NCBI GenBank assembly: GCA_035063585.1 | Contig: JAPSGB010000008.1 | Coordinates: 192,001 to 256,000, forward strand | DNA length: 64,000 bases | Source of the DNA: Polyangiaceae bacterium | GTDB taxonomy: Bacteria; Myxococcota_A; Polyangia; Polyangiales; Polyangiaceae | Reading direction: 5' to 3' | In this document: positions 18,929 to 28,737 of the stretch, piece by piece | Position numbering within the stretch: position 1 is the first letter of the stretch | Layout: each line of letters opens with the position of its first letter | Program-made: the position numbers and the translations under genes | The notes under the pieces: generated by a model | What the model was told of the DNA's origin: nothing | The model's database searches: none | What the model saw: the letters and a program-made list of their open reading frames with translations, nothing else

Positions 18929-21644
18929 AGAAGCCGCCCGCGAGCACGCTCGCGTGCTTGCCGAGCACCTGCTCGGCCGCGGCGCCCGCGACGCGCTCGT
19001 CGTACACGACGAAGTCCGGCAGGAGCTCCGGGAGCGAGAGCGCGCGCCAGATCCCGCGCACGCTGGTCGCCTCGATCGCGATCACGTAGCGGTCGGGGTT
19101 CCGCGGGTTCGGCGCGATGAAGATCGCGCCCACCTCCTCGCCCGAGTAGCGGTGCGCGCCGAGCGCGAGCGCGCCGCCGTGGACGCGTACCGGCAGCTCG
19201 GCGTCGAGCTCCCGGAGCGCGAGGTTGTCTCGCGCGGTGCCGACCAGGAAGAGCGACGCGCGAGCCGTGCGCGCACGGTCGAGCTCGCGATCGGCGATGA
19301 TCTCGTAGCGCACGTCGAGACCCGGACGCCGGCGTGCGAACGCGCGCGCGACCTCACGGTTGGCGCGCGCCGTCCCCGGGTCGAGCGAGCCGTAGACGAA
19401 GACGAGCGGTCCGAGGAAGGCGTCGCGGATAGGCCCTTCGACCTCGGCGCGTTTCGCGCCTGGTGGCGGCGTCCGAACGCCCGCTGCCCAGCCGCTGTCC
19501 TCGCGGTGAAACGCCGGCTCGGCCCCGGGTGGGAGCTCGAGCCGTTGCCCGTCGATGGTCACGGCGAGCGTCGCGGCGGCGTCGAGCCGGGCGCCCGAGC
19601 GGTCCACTGCGACGCCGGTGACGCCGTCCGTGGTGAGCTCGAGCGCGCGCTCGCTCGCGCGGCGAGCGTCCACGCGTCCCATCTGGCCGGGCGCGGCGAG
19701 CATCGTGATCGAGAGCCACCCTTGCCGGCCGTAGCGGAGCTGGTCGGAGACCAGGGTGATCCGCGCCGGTGACGGATCCCGCCGCTGGCGCGCGAGCCAG
19801 GGCCATCCCTTGGCGTCCTTCCAGACGATCTCCCAGACGTGGTGCCCGATGTCGGGCCACTCGTCGACGATCGAATAACCGAGCTCGCGATAGCGACGCA
19901 CCAGGACCTTGCCGTTCTCGAGCGGCCAATCCTTGGTGCCCTGCGCGAGATAGAGCGGGAGATTTCGGCCGTTGTCGGCCCAGCTGGTCGGCGACCAGTG
20001 GGCCATCCGGGCGCGCTCCCAGGGCCGGAGCGGACGGTTCGAGGTGTCACGACGGATGAAGTAGCTCTGATACCCGCAGAGCGGGGCGGCCGCGGAGAAG
20101 CGATCGGCGTAGAGGAAGGCGAGCCCGGCAGCGCCGGTGCCGCCCATCGACACACCGGTGATGGACACGCGCGCTTCATCGATAGGGTACGTGCGGAGCG
20201 CCCAGTCGAGCGCGTGCATCACCTCGGCCTCTCCCGAGTCGCGATAGAACGCGTTACCGTGCGCGTGCGGCGCGAGCACGAACCCGTCGACCCCGGCGCG
20301 CGGCGTGAGCGAGCGCGAGTCGAGGAAGGCGTTCATGACCCCGGCCGGCTCCCCGTTGAGGCCGTGCAGCGCGACGACCAGCGGGTAGCGCCGCGCGGCG
20401 CTCGGGGCGAAGCCCGCCGGGACGTGGACGCGCATCCGCGCCGGCTCGCCGTCGATGGGCGAGGGGATCGCGAGGTCGTGCACGCCGGGCTCGAGCAGCG
20501 GATCCACGCCGCGCTCGACCTTCTCGACGAGCGCCCGGAGTCGCTCCACGGCGGCGCGGAGCGTCCCCGGCGCGGCGCGCGGCGCCGCGCCGAGCGCGCG
20601 GACCTCCGCGGCGCCCGCCTGGAGGGTCACCGAGAGCGCGGTCGGATCGACGAACCGGGCGGCGGGGAGCGCGGCGAGCAGCCGCTCGGCGCGCGCGAGT
20701 GTCTCGGGGGCGCGCGGATCGAGCGAGAGTCGGCTCGCCGCCCGCGCTGGGCCGAGGGTGAGCTCGAGTCTCGCTTCGAGCGGTCCCGGCGGCGAGCCCT
20801 GCGGGAGCTCGAGCGCGGGGAGGGCGACCTCGAGCGTGCCGGCGCCGCGCGGCCCGATGGGACTTGCGCCGGCGTGAAGTGTCCGCGAGTCGCGCCCCGG
20901 CGCGGTCAGCGTGACGGAGACGTCGAACGGCACCCCGAGCGGCGCGCCGGCAGGGAACGCGAACGTCGCGCTCGGAGCGTAGCCGGCACTCGTCAAGCCC
21001 GCCGAGAGCTCGAGCGAGGCGAGCGCGCGAGCGAGCGTCGTCGTGTCGGCGTCGTCGGTGCCCGGCAAGACGACGGAGAGCCCCTCCGGCGCCAGGAGAT
21101 CGCGCTCGTCGACGAGCCGCGCGGCGACCGCCCAATATTCCCGGAGATCGGTGAGCGCGATGACCAGGCGATGTGAGCCGGCCGCGAGCGAGAGCGGGAT
21201 GGGATCCCAGGAGCGCCCCCGCAGCCGCTCGATGCTGCGACTCCACACGGGGCTTCCGTCCAGGTACACCGTGGCGCCACCATCGGCCGAGAGCAGGAGA
21301 TAGACCGCGCGGGGGCGTTCGAGGTGAAGCTCTCCGCCGAGGAGCGCGAGCGCGCCGGAGCGCGGGCGGGTCCCCAGCGTTCGGGCGAGATCGAGCGCCC
21401 CGTCGCGCTCGACCGCGAGCCGCCATCGAGGCGCCCGGTCGCCCTCGGCGGCGCGCGCGTCGCGCGCGGGCGTGACCGCGGCCAGGTCGAGGCGCTGCTG
21501 GTCGGTCTTCGGGATCGGGCCTGCGAGGAGCCACGCGCCGAGCGTGCCGTCCGGTGCGGGGGCGAGTCGTGCCGGGAGTGCCCACGCGCTCGGCGTGGTC
21601 GACGCGGCCGCCAAGAGCGCGGCGAGCCCGAAAAGAAACCTCAG
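18873..21644 (-). CDS. Large secreted alpha/beta-hydrolase (S9 peptidase/esterase-like) with N-terminal beta-sandwich region
   Basis: YPLVVALHG, ITGVSMGG nucleophile elbow, GHHVW; probable CTG start at 21644 gives a signal peptide (ORF track start TTG 21614). Confidence 0.8.
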   Translation of the reverse strand: MRFLFGLAALLAAASTTPSAWALPARLAPAPDGTLGAWLLAGPIPKTDQQRLDLAAVTPARDARAAEGDRAPRWRLAVERDGALDLARTLGTRPRSGALALLGGELHLERPRAVYLLLSADGGATVYLDGSPVWSRSIERLRGRSWDPIPLSLAAGSHRLVIALTDLREYWAVAARLVDERDLLAPEGLSVVLPGTDDADTTTLARALASLELSAGLTSAGYAPSATFAFPAGAPLGVPFDVSVTLTAPGRDSRTLHAGASPIGPRGAGTLEVALPALELPQGSPPGPLEARLELTLGPARAASRLSLDPRAPETLARAERLLAALPAARFVDPTALSVTLQAGAAEVRALGAAPRAAPGTLRAAVERLRALVEKVERGVDPLLEPGVHDLAIPSPIDGEPARMRVHVPAGFAPSAARRYPLVVALHGLNGEPAGVMNAFLDSRSLTPRAGVDGFVLAPHAHGNAFYRDSGEAEVMHALDWALRTYPIDEARVSITGVSMGGTGAAGLAFLYADRFSAAAPLCGYQSYFIRRDTSNRPLRPWERARMAHWSPTSWADNGRNLPLYLAQGTKDWPLENGKVLVRRYRELGYSIVDEWPDIGHHVWEIVWKDAKGWPWLARQRRDPSPARITLVSDQLRYGRQGWLSITMLAAPGQMGRVDARRASERALELTTDGVTGVAVDRSGARLDAAATLAVTIDGQRLELPPGAEPAFHREDSGWAAGVRTPPPGAKRAEVEGPIRDAFLGPLVFVYGSLDPGTARANREVARAFARRRPGLDVRYEIIADRELDRARTARASLFLVGTARDNLALRELDAELPVRVHGGALALGAHRYSGEEVGAIFIAPNPRNPDRYVIAIEATSVRGIWRALSLPELLPDFVVYDERVAGAAAEQVLGKHASVLAGGFFNADWSVPNDVADPVAAR

Positions 21645-22099
21645 GGCGCCTGCCCGTGGGCGAGCGTCCGCGAGCCGTCGCGGAACATGACGTCAATCTT
21701 ACCGGCGGAGAGCACGCTCGTCACGTAACCCTCACCGAACTTCTGGTGCAAGAGGAGCTGACCGGTCGCGAAGGTCCGGTCCATCGAGTAGCGGGCGAAG
21801 GCGTCGGGCGATTTCCCTGCGATCCGCTGCTCCCAGCCGCGCACGCGCTCGAGCTCGGCGAGCGCGCGCTGCGTCGGGCGCGCCGCCGCTCGCGGCGCCG
21901 CCACTCGCGTGGGCTTCGCGGCGCTCGAGCCCTTGGCGAGGAGCGCGCGCGGGGCCATGAAGCGGTGCTCGCTCCCGCAGGTCATACACACGACTCGCGC
22001 CGGCTTGGGGCCGAGCATCGCGATGATGCGATGACCGAGGTCCAGCCGACACTTGGTGCACCAGGCGTCGATCTCGCTGCCGGCTCCGAGCGGCTTCAC
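21641..22099 (-). CDS. Zinc-ribbon protein with C-terminal Tudor/SH3-like (UvrD/PcrA-CTD-like) module
   Basis: CTKC...CMTC; C-terminal GQLLLHQKFGEGYV..KIDVMF. Confidence 0.75.
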   Translation of the reverse strand: MKPLGAGSEIDAWCTKCRLDLGHRIIAMLGPKPARVVCMTCGSEHRFMAPRALLAKGSSAAKPTRVAAPRAAARPTQRALAELERVRGWEQRIAGKSPDAFARYSMDRTFATGQLLLHQKFGEGYVTSVLSAGKIDVMFRDGSRTLAHGQAP

Positions 22100-22560
22100 G
22101 GCTTCGGCTCCTGCTCGCTCGCGGGCTCGTCATCGCCCGGCCGGGAGTCGCGGTCGCGCTTGATGCGCACCTTGGCGCGGACGTCGGGGCGCGGCGGAGC
22201 GCCGACCCGCGAGTCGTTCGGGATGAACCGCACCTCGGTCTTGATCTCGAAGGACAGCGTGGTGAGCGCCTTGGAGAGCTCGTCGGCGAGGTTCGTCTGG
22301 CTCAGGAAATCGTGGATCTCCTTCGCGACGACGCGATAGAGCCCGTTCTTCGTCTCATCGACCTGCGAGAGGATGAGCGACAGCACGTCCTTCGGCAGCT
22401 TGAGCTCGCTCACGAAGTGCCGGAGGTTCTCCGGCCCCTCGGTGAGCTTCTCGTAGCCCGTCTCGATGACGCGTTTGATGAGCTCGGGTAGGATCCGCTC
22501 GAGCCGACGCCGCTCGTCGCGGTCCTCGCGTTCGCCTGGGGGTATCGAGTCGCTCGCCAC
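22096..22560 (-). CDS. Conserved hypothetical protein
   Basis: Non-repetitive helical sequence with coding-like composition; GTGA overlap with downstream gene. Confidence 0.75.
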   Translation of the reverse strand: MASDSIPPGEREDRDERRRLERILPELIKRVIETGYEKLTEGPENLRHFVSELKLPKDVLSLILSQVDETKNGLYRVVAKEIHDFLSQTNLADELSKALTTLSFEIKTEVRFIPNDSRVGAPPRPDVRAKVRIKRDRDSRPGDDEPASEQEPKP

Positions 22561-22630
22561 GACGACGGCGTAGCCTGGCGCATCGCGTCAGTCAAACCCC
22601 GCGACTTGTCATCCGGGCGCGCCTCGAGCC

Positions 22631-23263
22631 ATGGATCGGTCCGTGACTTCGCGCATCGGCGCCATCGTGGTCGGGCTCGCGAGCGCGCTCGCGGTGACCG
22701 CGTGCGACGAGCCCGCGCGCGATGAGCCCGCGCGAGCTGGCTCGAGCCGCTCGAACGACGCAACCAGCGCTCCCTCCGCGCCCGCGCGCACGAGCGGCGC
22801 GCCCGCCGTCTCCCGGGCGCCCGCCAGCGTCGCCACGCCGAGCGGGCCCGCGCCGTTCGTCGACGCCGGGGCGGGCGGGCTGCGCGGGGGCAACTGGGCG
22901 CGGTGCTCGAGCGGATTCACCGTGAGCGGCACGCCCGCGCTCGACGTGATGCGTCTCGGTCTCCTCTGCGGACCGTCGAACGGGATGCGGAAGAGCCCCG
23001 GTGGCCGAGCGGTGGCCGTCGCCGGCGACTGCTTTCGCGCGGTGGCGGTCGGCGGCGCGGGCGTTCGTGCCCTCGAACTGGTCCTCCTCGATGCTCGGGG
23101 AGCGCGGCTCGCCTCGACCACCGCGGAGCGCCCCTTGGCCGTTCTCGAGCCGGATGGCGCGTACTGCGTCGCAGCCGACGGAGAGGTCCGGACAGAGGCG
23201 CGCGCCACCGGCGGCGACGGCCCGGTCGCGGTCGAGCTGTGGCGGCTCCAGGGGGCGCGGTGA
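22631..23263 (+). CDS. Hypothetical lipoprotein
   Basis: Lipobox VTAC, Ala/Pro/Ser linker, Cys-containing beta-rich C-terminal domain. Confidence 0.7.
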   Translation: MDRSVTSRIGAIVVGLASALAVTACDEPARDEPARAGSSRSNDATSAPSAPARTSGAPAVSRAPASVATPSGPAPFVDAGAGGLRGGNWARCSSGFTVSGTPALDVMRLGLLCGPSNGMRKSPGGRAVAVAGDCFRAVAVGGAGVRALELVLLDARGARLASTTAERPLAVLEPDGAYCVAADGEVRTEARATGGDGPVAVELWRLQGAR

Positions 23264-23301
23264 TGGTGGACACCGCCGCGCCGCGGTAGCATGCACTCCG
23301 C

Positions 23302-24597
23302 ATGATGACCGACTTCAAGGCGCGGCGTCAGCGCGCGCTCGACGCGATTCATCCTGGCGTGATGGTGCTCCCCGCGGCGCCGGTTGCCATTCGGAACAAC
23401 GACGTCGAGCACGACTACCGTCAGGACTCCGACGTCCATTATCTCACGGGGTTCGACGAGCCCGAGAGCGTCGTCGTGTTGAACAGCGTGCGCGAGCCGC
23501 ACTACACCTTGTTCGTGAGGCCGCGGGATCCCGAGCGCGAGACGTGGGACGGCGCGCGCGCCGGAGTCGATGGTGCCCTCGAGCGCTTCGGGGCCGACGC
23601 CGCGCACCCGATCGCCGCGCTCGCCGACGAGCTGCCTCGGCTCCTCGAGGACGTGCCGAGCCTTCATTACCGGCTCGGGCTCGAGCGGCGCTTCGACGAG
23701 CGAGTGCTCGCGGCGCTCGATCGGGTTCGGGCGCGGGCGAAGCTCGGGGTCGCGTGGCCGACGCGGATCGTGGAGCCGGGCGCGGTGCTCCACGAGCTCC
23801 GGCTCCGAAAGTCACGCGAGGAGCTCGAGCTCATGCGCCGCGCGATCTCCATCACCGCCGAGGGACACCTCGAGGCCATGGCCCAGACCAAGCCGGGGAT
23901 GTTCGAGTACGAGGTCGAGGCGGTCCTCCGCGCGGTCTTTTCGCGCCGCGGCGCCGAGCGCCATGCCTACTCGCCGATCGTCGGCTCCGGCCCGAACGCC
24001 ACCGTGCTCCACTATCGCAGCAACGATCGCCAGATGCAGGCGGGCGAGCTCCTGCTCATCGATGCCGGGTGCGAGCTCGGCTACTACGCCTCCGACATCA
24101 CCCGGACCTTCCCCGTCTCGGGGAGCTTCAGCAAGGAGCAGCGCGAGATCTACGAGATCGTACTCGACGCGCAGCTCGCGAGCATCGAGGCGACTCGGCC
24201 GGGTGCGACGCTCGATGAGATCCATGCGAAGAGCGTGGAGGTCATCGCCGCCGGGCTCGCGCGGCTCGGGATCATCGCGGGCCCGCCGCCGGAGGCGGTC
24301 GAGCAGCAGCGCTACAAGCCGTACTTCATGCACAAGACCAGCCACTACCTCGGCATGGACGTACACGACGTCGGCGCCTACTTCGTCGAGGGCAAGCCGC
24401 GCGCGCTCGAGCCTGGCATGGTGCTCACGGTCGAGCCCGGGATCTACATCGGAGAGCGCGCCGCGGCGCCCGAGCGCTATCGCGGGATCGGTGTCCGCAT
24501 CGAGGACGACGTCTTGGTCTCGCCCGAGGGCCGCATCGTCCTCAGCGAGGCGATCCCGAAGAGCGCCGATGACGTCGAGCGTGCGTGCCGCGCCTGA
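23302..24597 (+). CDS. pepP: Xaa-Pro aminopeptidase
   Basis: YRQDSDVHYLTGFDEP, LIDAG..YASDITRT, HKTSHYLGMDVHD, TVEPGIY, GVRIEDD. Confidence 0.95.
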   Translation: MMTDFKARRQRALDAIHPGVMVLPAAPVAIRNNDVEHDYRQDSDVHYLTGFDEPESVVVLNSVREPHYTLFVRPRDPERETWDGARAGVDGALERFGADAAHPIAALADELPRLLEDVPSLHYRLGLERRFDERVLAALDRVRARAKLGVAWPTRIVEPGAVLHELRLRKSREELELMRRAISITAEGHLEAMAQTKPGMFEYEVEAVLRAVFSRRGAERHAYSPIVGSGPNATVLHYRSNDRQMQAGELLLIDAGCELGYYASDITRTFPVSGSFSKEQREIYEIVLDAQLASIEATRPGATLDEIHAKSVEVIAAGLARLGIIAGPPPEAVEQQRYKPYFMHKTSHYLGMDVHDVGAYFVEGKPRALEPGMVLTVEPGIYIGERAAAPERYRGIGVRIEDDVLVSPEGRIVLSEAIPKSADDVERACRA

Positions 24598-25301
24598 GCC
24601 GCGTCGCTCGGGGCTCGACCGCTCGGGCGAGCCGGCGGCGACTCGGCTGCGCGGGCGCAGCGCTCGGGGGCATGGTCCTGCTCGTGGGGTCGGCGCGGCC
24701 GGCGGCGGGTCGCGAGCGCGCGGGAGAGCTGCCCGTGGCCCGTGCCGAGCCCGCGAGCGGCGCCCAGGCCCAATCGGCCACCGCGGCGGCGCCGCTCGAG
24801 CGCGGCCCGTACGCGCACTTCCTCGGCGCGCTCGCTTATGGGCGAGGGCTCCGCTTCAACAACCCGTATCGGCTGTCGACCGTGCTCGGCTCCAGCCCGG
24901 AGTCGCTCTCGCTGACCGCGCCGTATCTCCGCGGCTCGCTCGGCGCGGTCTTCGGCGATCCGGAGGGGCTTCAGCATGGCGGCGCGCTGCACGTCTCGAT
25001 CGCGCTCGGCGGCGTGCCTCAGGAGGTGCTCGCGCCCTCCTATCTTGCGCTGGTTCGCTTCGAACCGCGTACCCTCGGATACGCGCGCCTCGGGGTGCCG
25101 CTGGTGCTGGAGCCGGACTTCAGCGCCGGCGCCGAGGTCGGCGTCGGCGGAGCCTGGCTGGTGACGGCTGGCCTCGGGCTCACGGCCGAGCTCTCCGGGA
25201 GTCTCTTCTACGGCGCCGCCACCGACGAGCGCCGGATCACGACCATCCCCGTCCTGGCGCTGGAGCTCGGCGTTCTCATCGACTACGAGATCCTGCCATG
25301 A
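24585..25301 (+). CDS. Probable outer-membrane beta-barrel protein
   Basis: Signal-like segment, amphipathic strands, C-terminal LGVLIDYEILP; start uncertain (GTG 24585 or ATG 24672). Confidence 0.65.
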   Translation: MPRLSRVARGSTARASRRRLGCAGAALGGMVLLVGSARPAAGRERAGELPVARAEPASGAQAQSATAAAPLERGPYAHFLGALAYGRGLRFNNPYRLSTVLGSSPESLSLTAPYLRGSLGAVFGDPEGLQHGGALHVSIALGGVPQEVLAPSYLALVRFEPRTLGYARLGVPLVLEPDFSAGAEVGVGGAWLVTAGLGLTAELSGSLFYGAATDERRITTIPVLALELGVLIDYEILP

Positions 25302-25696
25302 GCGAGCCTGGACGCATCTCGCTCGGCGCGCGACTCGCGCTCGCGCTCATCGCGACGCTCTTCTGTATGGCGCCGGTGCCCGGCGACATCGGCGGGTGCG
25401 GCCAGGCCGCTCAGGATCTCGACCCGGGAGTCTTCTTCGCGACGAAGAAGCGGATCGACTGCGATCGCTGCGGTGAGTGCGGCCTCGGCGGCGGAGCCTG
25501 CGAGCTCGCGTGCGACGAGAGCTCGCGGCCCCCGCGAGCGTTCCCCGAGCGCTGCTATCCGCTCGTGCATGACGGCGAGGTCTGCCTGCGCGCGCTCCGG
25601 CGCGCCTCGTGTGACGACTTCGCGACGTACGTGGACGAGGTCGCGCCGCGCACCCCGACCGAGTGCGATTTCTGCCCCGTCGAGGGGACCCCGTGA
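25298..25696 (+). CDS. Cys-rich exported protein (12 Cys)
   Basis: ATG 25298 overlaps upstream stop; hydrophobic N-terminus; CDRCGEC, CELAC, ECDFC. Confidence 0.75.
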   Translation: MSEPGRISLGARLALALIATLFCMAPVPGDIGGCGQAAQDLDPGVFFATKKRIDCDRCGECGLGGGACELACDESSRPPRAFPERCYPLVHDGEVCLRALRRASCDDFATYVDEVAPRTPTECDFCPVEGTP

Positions 25697-26646
25697 AGCT
25701 CGCGTGGGTCGCGGGGGTCGGGCTCGTCTCGTTGGCGTGCTCGAGCGCCGGGCAGCTCACCGCCGGCGTGAACGACTACGCCGCGTATCGGCGAGTGCGG
25801 GTCGCCTCCACCCGCGAGCTCCGGCTCACCCGAGCCTGGGCGTACCTCGAGGCGGAGCCCTCCGGGCGGTTTCGCGCGGAGGTGCGCGCCTGGTTCATTC
25901 CGGCCGAGGCAGCCTGCTTCGAGAGCGCGGGGACCCGGCCCGAGCGCCTGCGGCGCTACCTCGAGCTCTTGCCGAACGGCCCCCACGCGAGCGAGGCGCG
26001 GGAGCGGCTCCGCGATCTGGAGGCGGCGGCCGAGCGGCGGCGGGAGCACGAGGAGGAGGTGGTCGGCGAGGCGCTGACGGTGACGCGGCGGCTCGCCCGA
26101 GCGGAGCGCCGGCGACGAGCCTTCGTCGAGGATTTCTCGGGTTGGGTCGCTCGGCTCGGCGCGCTCCGCAGCTTCGGCGAGCGCACCTCCGCGCTGAGCG
26201 CGGACTTCCTCTACGCGCTCCGTGAGGTGGAGCCGCCCGCCCACTGCGGCACCGAGCGTTGCGTGAAGACCGTGACGCTCGGCTACATGATTCCGGAGGC
26301 GGGACGCCTCGCGCCCCGAGAGGCCGCCTTCGACGTCGTGGTGTCGCTCCGAGACGGCGGGGTGTCGCGCGTGACGCTGCAGGGCCCGGAACTCTTCAGC
26401 CGGGTCGGCGAGGCGCTCGAGCTGCGGCCGGCGTCGGAGTCGGACCCCGGGGCGCGTGCCGAGGCGATGGGACGCGCGGCCGATCTCGTGCGGAGCGCAG
26501 TCGAGGCCGCACTGCCCGCCGCGCGTTGCGCTCGCGCCGCGCTCGCGCCGGCGATGGTGGTGCGCGAGTGCGACGGGGTGCGCCTCACGATGGTCGCCGG
26601 CGGAGCGGGCGAGGACGATCGGCTGATCGCGGAGCCGCTCGAGTAG
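25693..26646 (+). CDS. Hypothetical lipoprotein with TPR-like YLxxxPxG helical motifs
   Basis: GTG 25693 overlaps upstream stop; lipobox SLAC; YLEAEPSG and YLELLPNG. Confidence 0.72.
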   Translation: MKLAWVAGVGLVSLACSSAGQLTAGVNDYAAYRRVRVASTRELRLTRAWAYLEAEPSGRFRAEVRAWFIPAEAACFESAGTRPERLRRYLELLPNGPHASEARERLRDLEAAAERRREHEEEVVGEALTVTRRLARAERRRRAFVEDFSGWVARLGALRSFGERTSALSADFLYALREVEPPAHCGTERCVKTVTLGYMIPEAGRLAPREAAFDVVVSLRDGGVSRVTLQGPELFSRVGEALELRPASESDPGARAEAMGRAADLVRSAVEAALPAARCARAALAPAMVVRECDGVRLTMVAGGAGEDDRLIAEPLE

Positions 26647-26718
26647 CTGGTCGTCGATTTTCTCTCATTGACGAGTGAAAGGTGGCCGAGAGCGCGGTAA
26701 GGACGACGCTACGAAGCG

Positions 26719-27597
26719 ATGATCTCCGAGCCGCTCATTCCGTTCATTCAGATCCCGGATCTGGTCCTCATCCCTCAAGGCCGGTTCGGCAGCGGTTTTC
26801 CCCCGGTGCCGTTCTCGATCAAGCCGTTCGGGACGCTGGTCGCGATCGCGGTATACCTCGGCGCGTACCTGGCGATCCGAGAAGGCAAGCGACGTGGGCT
26901 CAGCGAGCGCGCCCTCACCTCGTTCATCTTCTGGGTGGTCGTCGCTGGGTTCGTCGGCGGCCACGTCCTCGACACCCTATTTTACTACCCGGGCCGCGTG
27001 CTGTCCGATCCGGCCTCGCTGCTCAGGCTATGGGACGGCCTCTCGAGCTTCGGGGGGTTCATCGGAGCCCTGTGCGGAGTGATGCTCTGGAAGTGGCGGT
27101 ACCGAGTCGGCGTGCTTCCGTACGCGGATGTGGTCGCGAGCGCGTTCCCCGCGGCGTGGGTCTTCGGGCGCGCCGGCTGTGCCGTGGCCCATGATCATCC
27201 CGGGCTCCGCAGCGCCGCCTGGTTTGCGGTTCAGTACCCGGACGGCGGGCGCTTCGATCTCGGCCTGTACGAGATGCTCCTCACGATTCCGCTCGCGATC
27301 GTGTTCCTCCTGCTCAGGCGCAAGCCGCGGCCTTGGGGCTTTTACCTCGCGGTGATGTCCATCGCGTACGCGCCGGTCCGCTTCGGGCTCGATTTTCTGA
27401 GGGCGCGTGACGTCGAGGTGCCCGACGAGCGTTACCTCGGCCTGACGCCTGCGCAGTGGGCGTGCTTCGGGCTGCTCGCGGTAGGAGTGACGCTCCTCCT
27501 TCGCGCGCGCCGGGGCACGGACGCGCCAGGAGCGCTCGCTGCGCCGGAGCCGCCCGAGCGACTCCGCGCGAGCGCGGCTGCGGGCCACCCGAGCTGA
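26719..27597 (+). CDS. lgt: Prolipoprotein diacylglyceryl transferase family
   Basis: Multiple TMs; GLSSFGGFIG, FGRAGC, GLYE, RFGLDFLR, GLTPAQW. Confidence 0.88.
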   Translation: MISEPLIPFIQIPDLVLIPQGRFGSGFPPVPFSIKPFGTLVAIAVYLGAYLAIREGKRRGLSERALTSFIFWVVVAGFVGGHVLDTLFYYPGRVLSDPASLLRLWDGLSSFGGFIGALCGVMLWKWRYRVGVLPYADVVASAFPAAWVFGRAGCAVAHDHPGLRSAAWFAVQYPDGGRFDLGLYEMLLTIPLAIVFLLLRRKPRPWGFYLAVMSIAYAPVRFGLDFLRARDVEVPDERYLGLTPAQWACFGLLAVGVTLLLRARRGTDAPGALAAPEPPERLRASAAAGHPS

Positions 27598-27607
27598 GCC
27601 CGGCGCG

Positions 27608-28534
27608 TCACGCGCGGAGCCGGAGCGCGCCCTGGGCGACCCGAGCGCGCAGCGGCAGGCGGCCGGGCGTCTCGCCGTCCATGTCGATGAGGACCTCGTC
27701 GCCGGCCCTCGACGGCGCTGCCTCCACGAGCGCGCCGCGCGTCACCTGGACGCCCGGCGAGCCGGGGTGCGTGCCACGGTAGATCTTGTACGCGAGCCCG
27801 ATCCCCTGAGCCCGGGTGAGGTCGTAGAGCGCGACCACGTCGAACAGCCCGTCGGAAGGATCGGCGTCCGGTGCGATCTTCATTCCGCCGCCGAAATAGC
27901 GGCCGTTGGCGATGGCGACGTTCAGGATGGGGCCTTCGAGGCAAGGCCTTCCATCGACTCGCACGACGACCGGCGCGTTCCGATAACTCGCCATCGCGCG
28001 CAGCGTCCCGAAGAAGAACGCCGCGCGCCCGCCCATCCACTTCGGGCTCGCGTTGACCACGCGATCGGTGAGTCCACCGAGCCCGAAGCTCGCGATGTTG
28101 AGGAAGGCCTTGGTTCGAGGCTCGCCCTCGTCGGAGGTCAGCGAGAGGAGCCCGAGGTCGAGCGGTCGCGGCGCGCTCTCCACCAATCGCCGCACCGCGC
28201 TCTCGATGTCGTCCCCGAGCGCGAAGGTCTTGCGGAAGTCGCCGCCGGTGCCGGCAGGGATGAGCGCCAGATCGGGCCCCGCGACGGGTTCGCCGCGGTC
28301 GTCGAGGTAGGCTTGACCGACCTCGTTGATGGTGCCGTCACCGCCGACCACGGCGACGCAGTCCGCGCCGTCGAGGCGCGCCTCGCGCGCGAGGCGGGTC
28401 GCGTCACCGGGCGCGCTGGTCTGGACGATGCGGTGACGGACCCCCGCGCGCCCGAGCGCGGCCTCGATTTCCGGAATCCTCCGGCCCGCCGCGCCGCTGC
28501 CCGCCTTGGGATTCACGACTACCCGGACGTCCAC
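27608..28534 (-). CDS. Diacylglycerol kinase family lipid kinase (YegS/DagK-like)
   Basis: VVNPKAGSG, GGDGTINEV, PAGTGGDF, NGRYFGGG, DGE. Confidence 0.92.
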   Translation of the reverse strand: MDVRVVVNPKAGSGAAGRRIPEIEAALGRAGVRHRIVQTSAPGDATRLAREARLDGADCVAVVGGDGTINEVGQAYLDDRGEPVAGPDLALIPAGTGGDFRKTFALGDDIESAVRRLVESAPRPLDLGLLSLTSDEGEPRTKAFLNIASFGLGGLTDRVVNASPKWMGGRAAFFFGTLRAMASYRNAPVVVRVDGRPCLEGPILNVAIANGRYFGGGMKIAPDADPSDGLFDVVALYDLTRAQGIGLAYKIYRGTHPGSPGVQVTRGALVEAAPSRAGDEVLIDMDGETPGRLPLRARVAQGALRLRA

Positions 28535-28628
28535 GGCGACCAGCTTACACGGCCTGGGCCGGTCCGGCGCCGGTCGTCGCAGAGCCCCGCCGGCCGCGCC
28601 GGACCGGCGACCCGCTCGCCATGGCCAC

Positions 28629-28656
28629 TTGACGGCCCACCCGGTCGAGATATCGT
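28629..28656 (+). promoter_or_regulatory. Candidate sigma70 promoter of the RRM gene
   Basis: TTGACG-N16-TATCGT about 80 nt upstream of ATG 28738. Confidence 0.5.
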
Positions 28657-28737
28657 GAATTCTGCCTCCCCGGTCGGAAGGTCACACCTCTGTGCGCCGA
28701 ACGACCGCAACATCATCGTTCAAGAAGGTTAGCGGGT

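Noticed and set aside
23570..25696. 708-aa ORF, and extended ORFs 9450-10919, 34960-35997, 52840-55068 and 1170-2519, as fusion proteins
   Set aside because: Only the 3' parts are protein-like; the 5' extensions overlap other genes out of frame, so starts were reassigned
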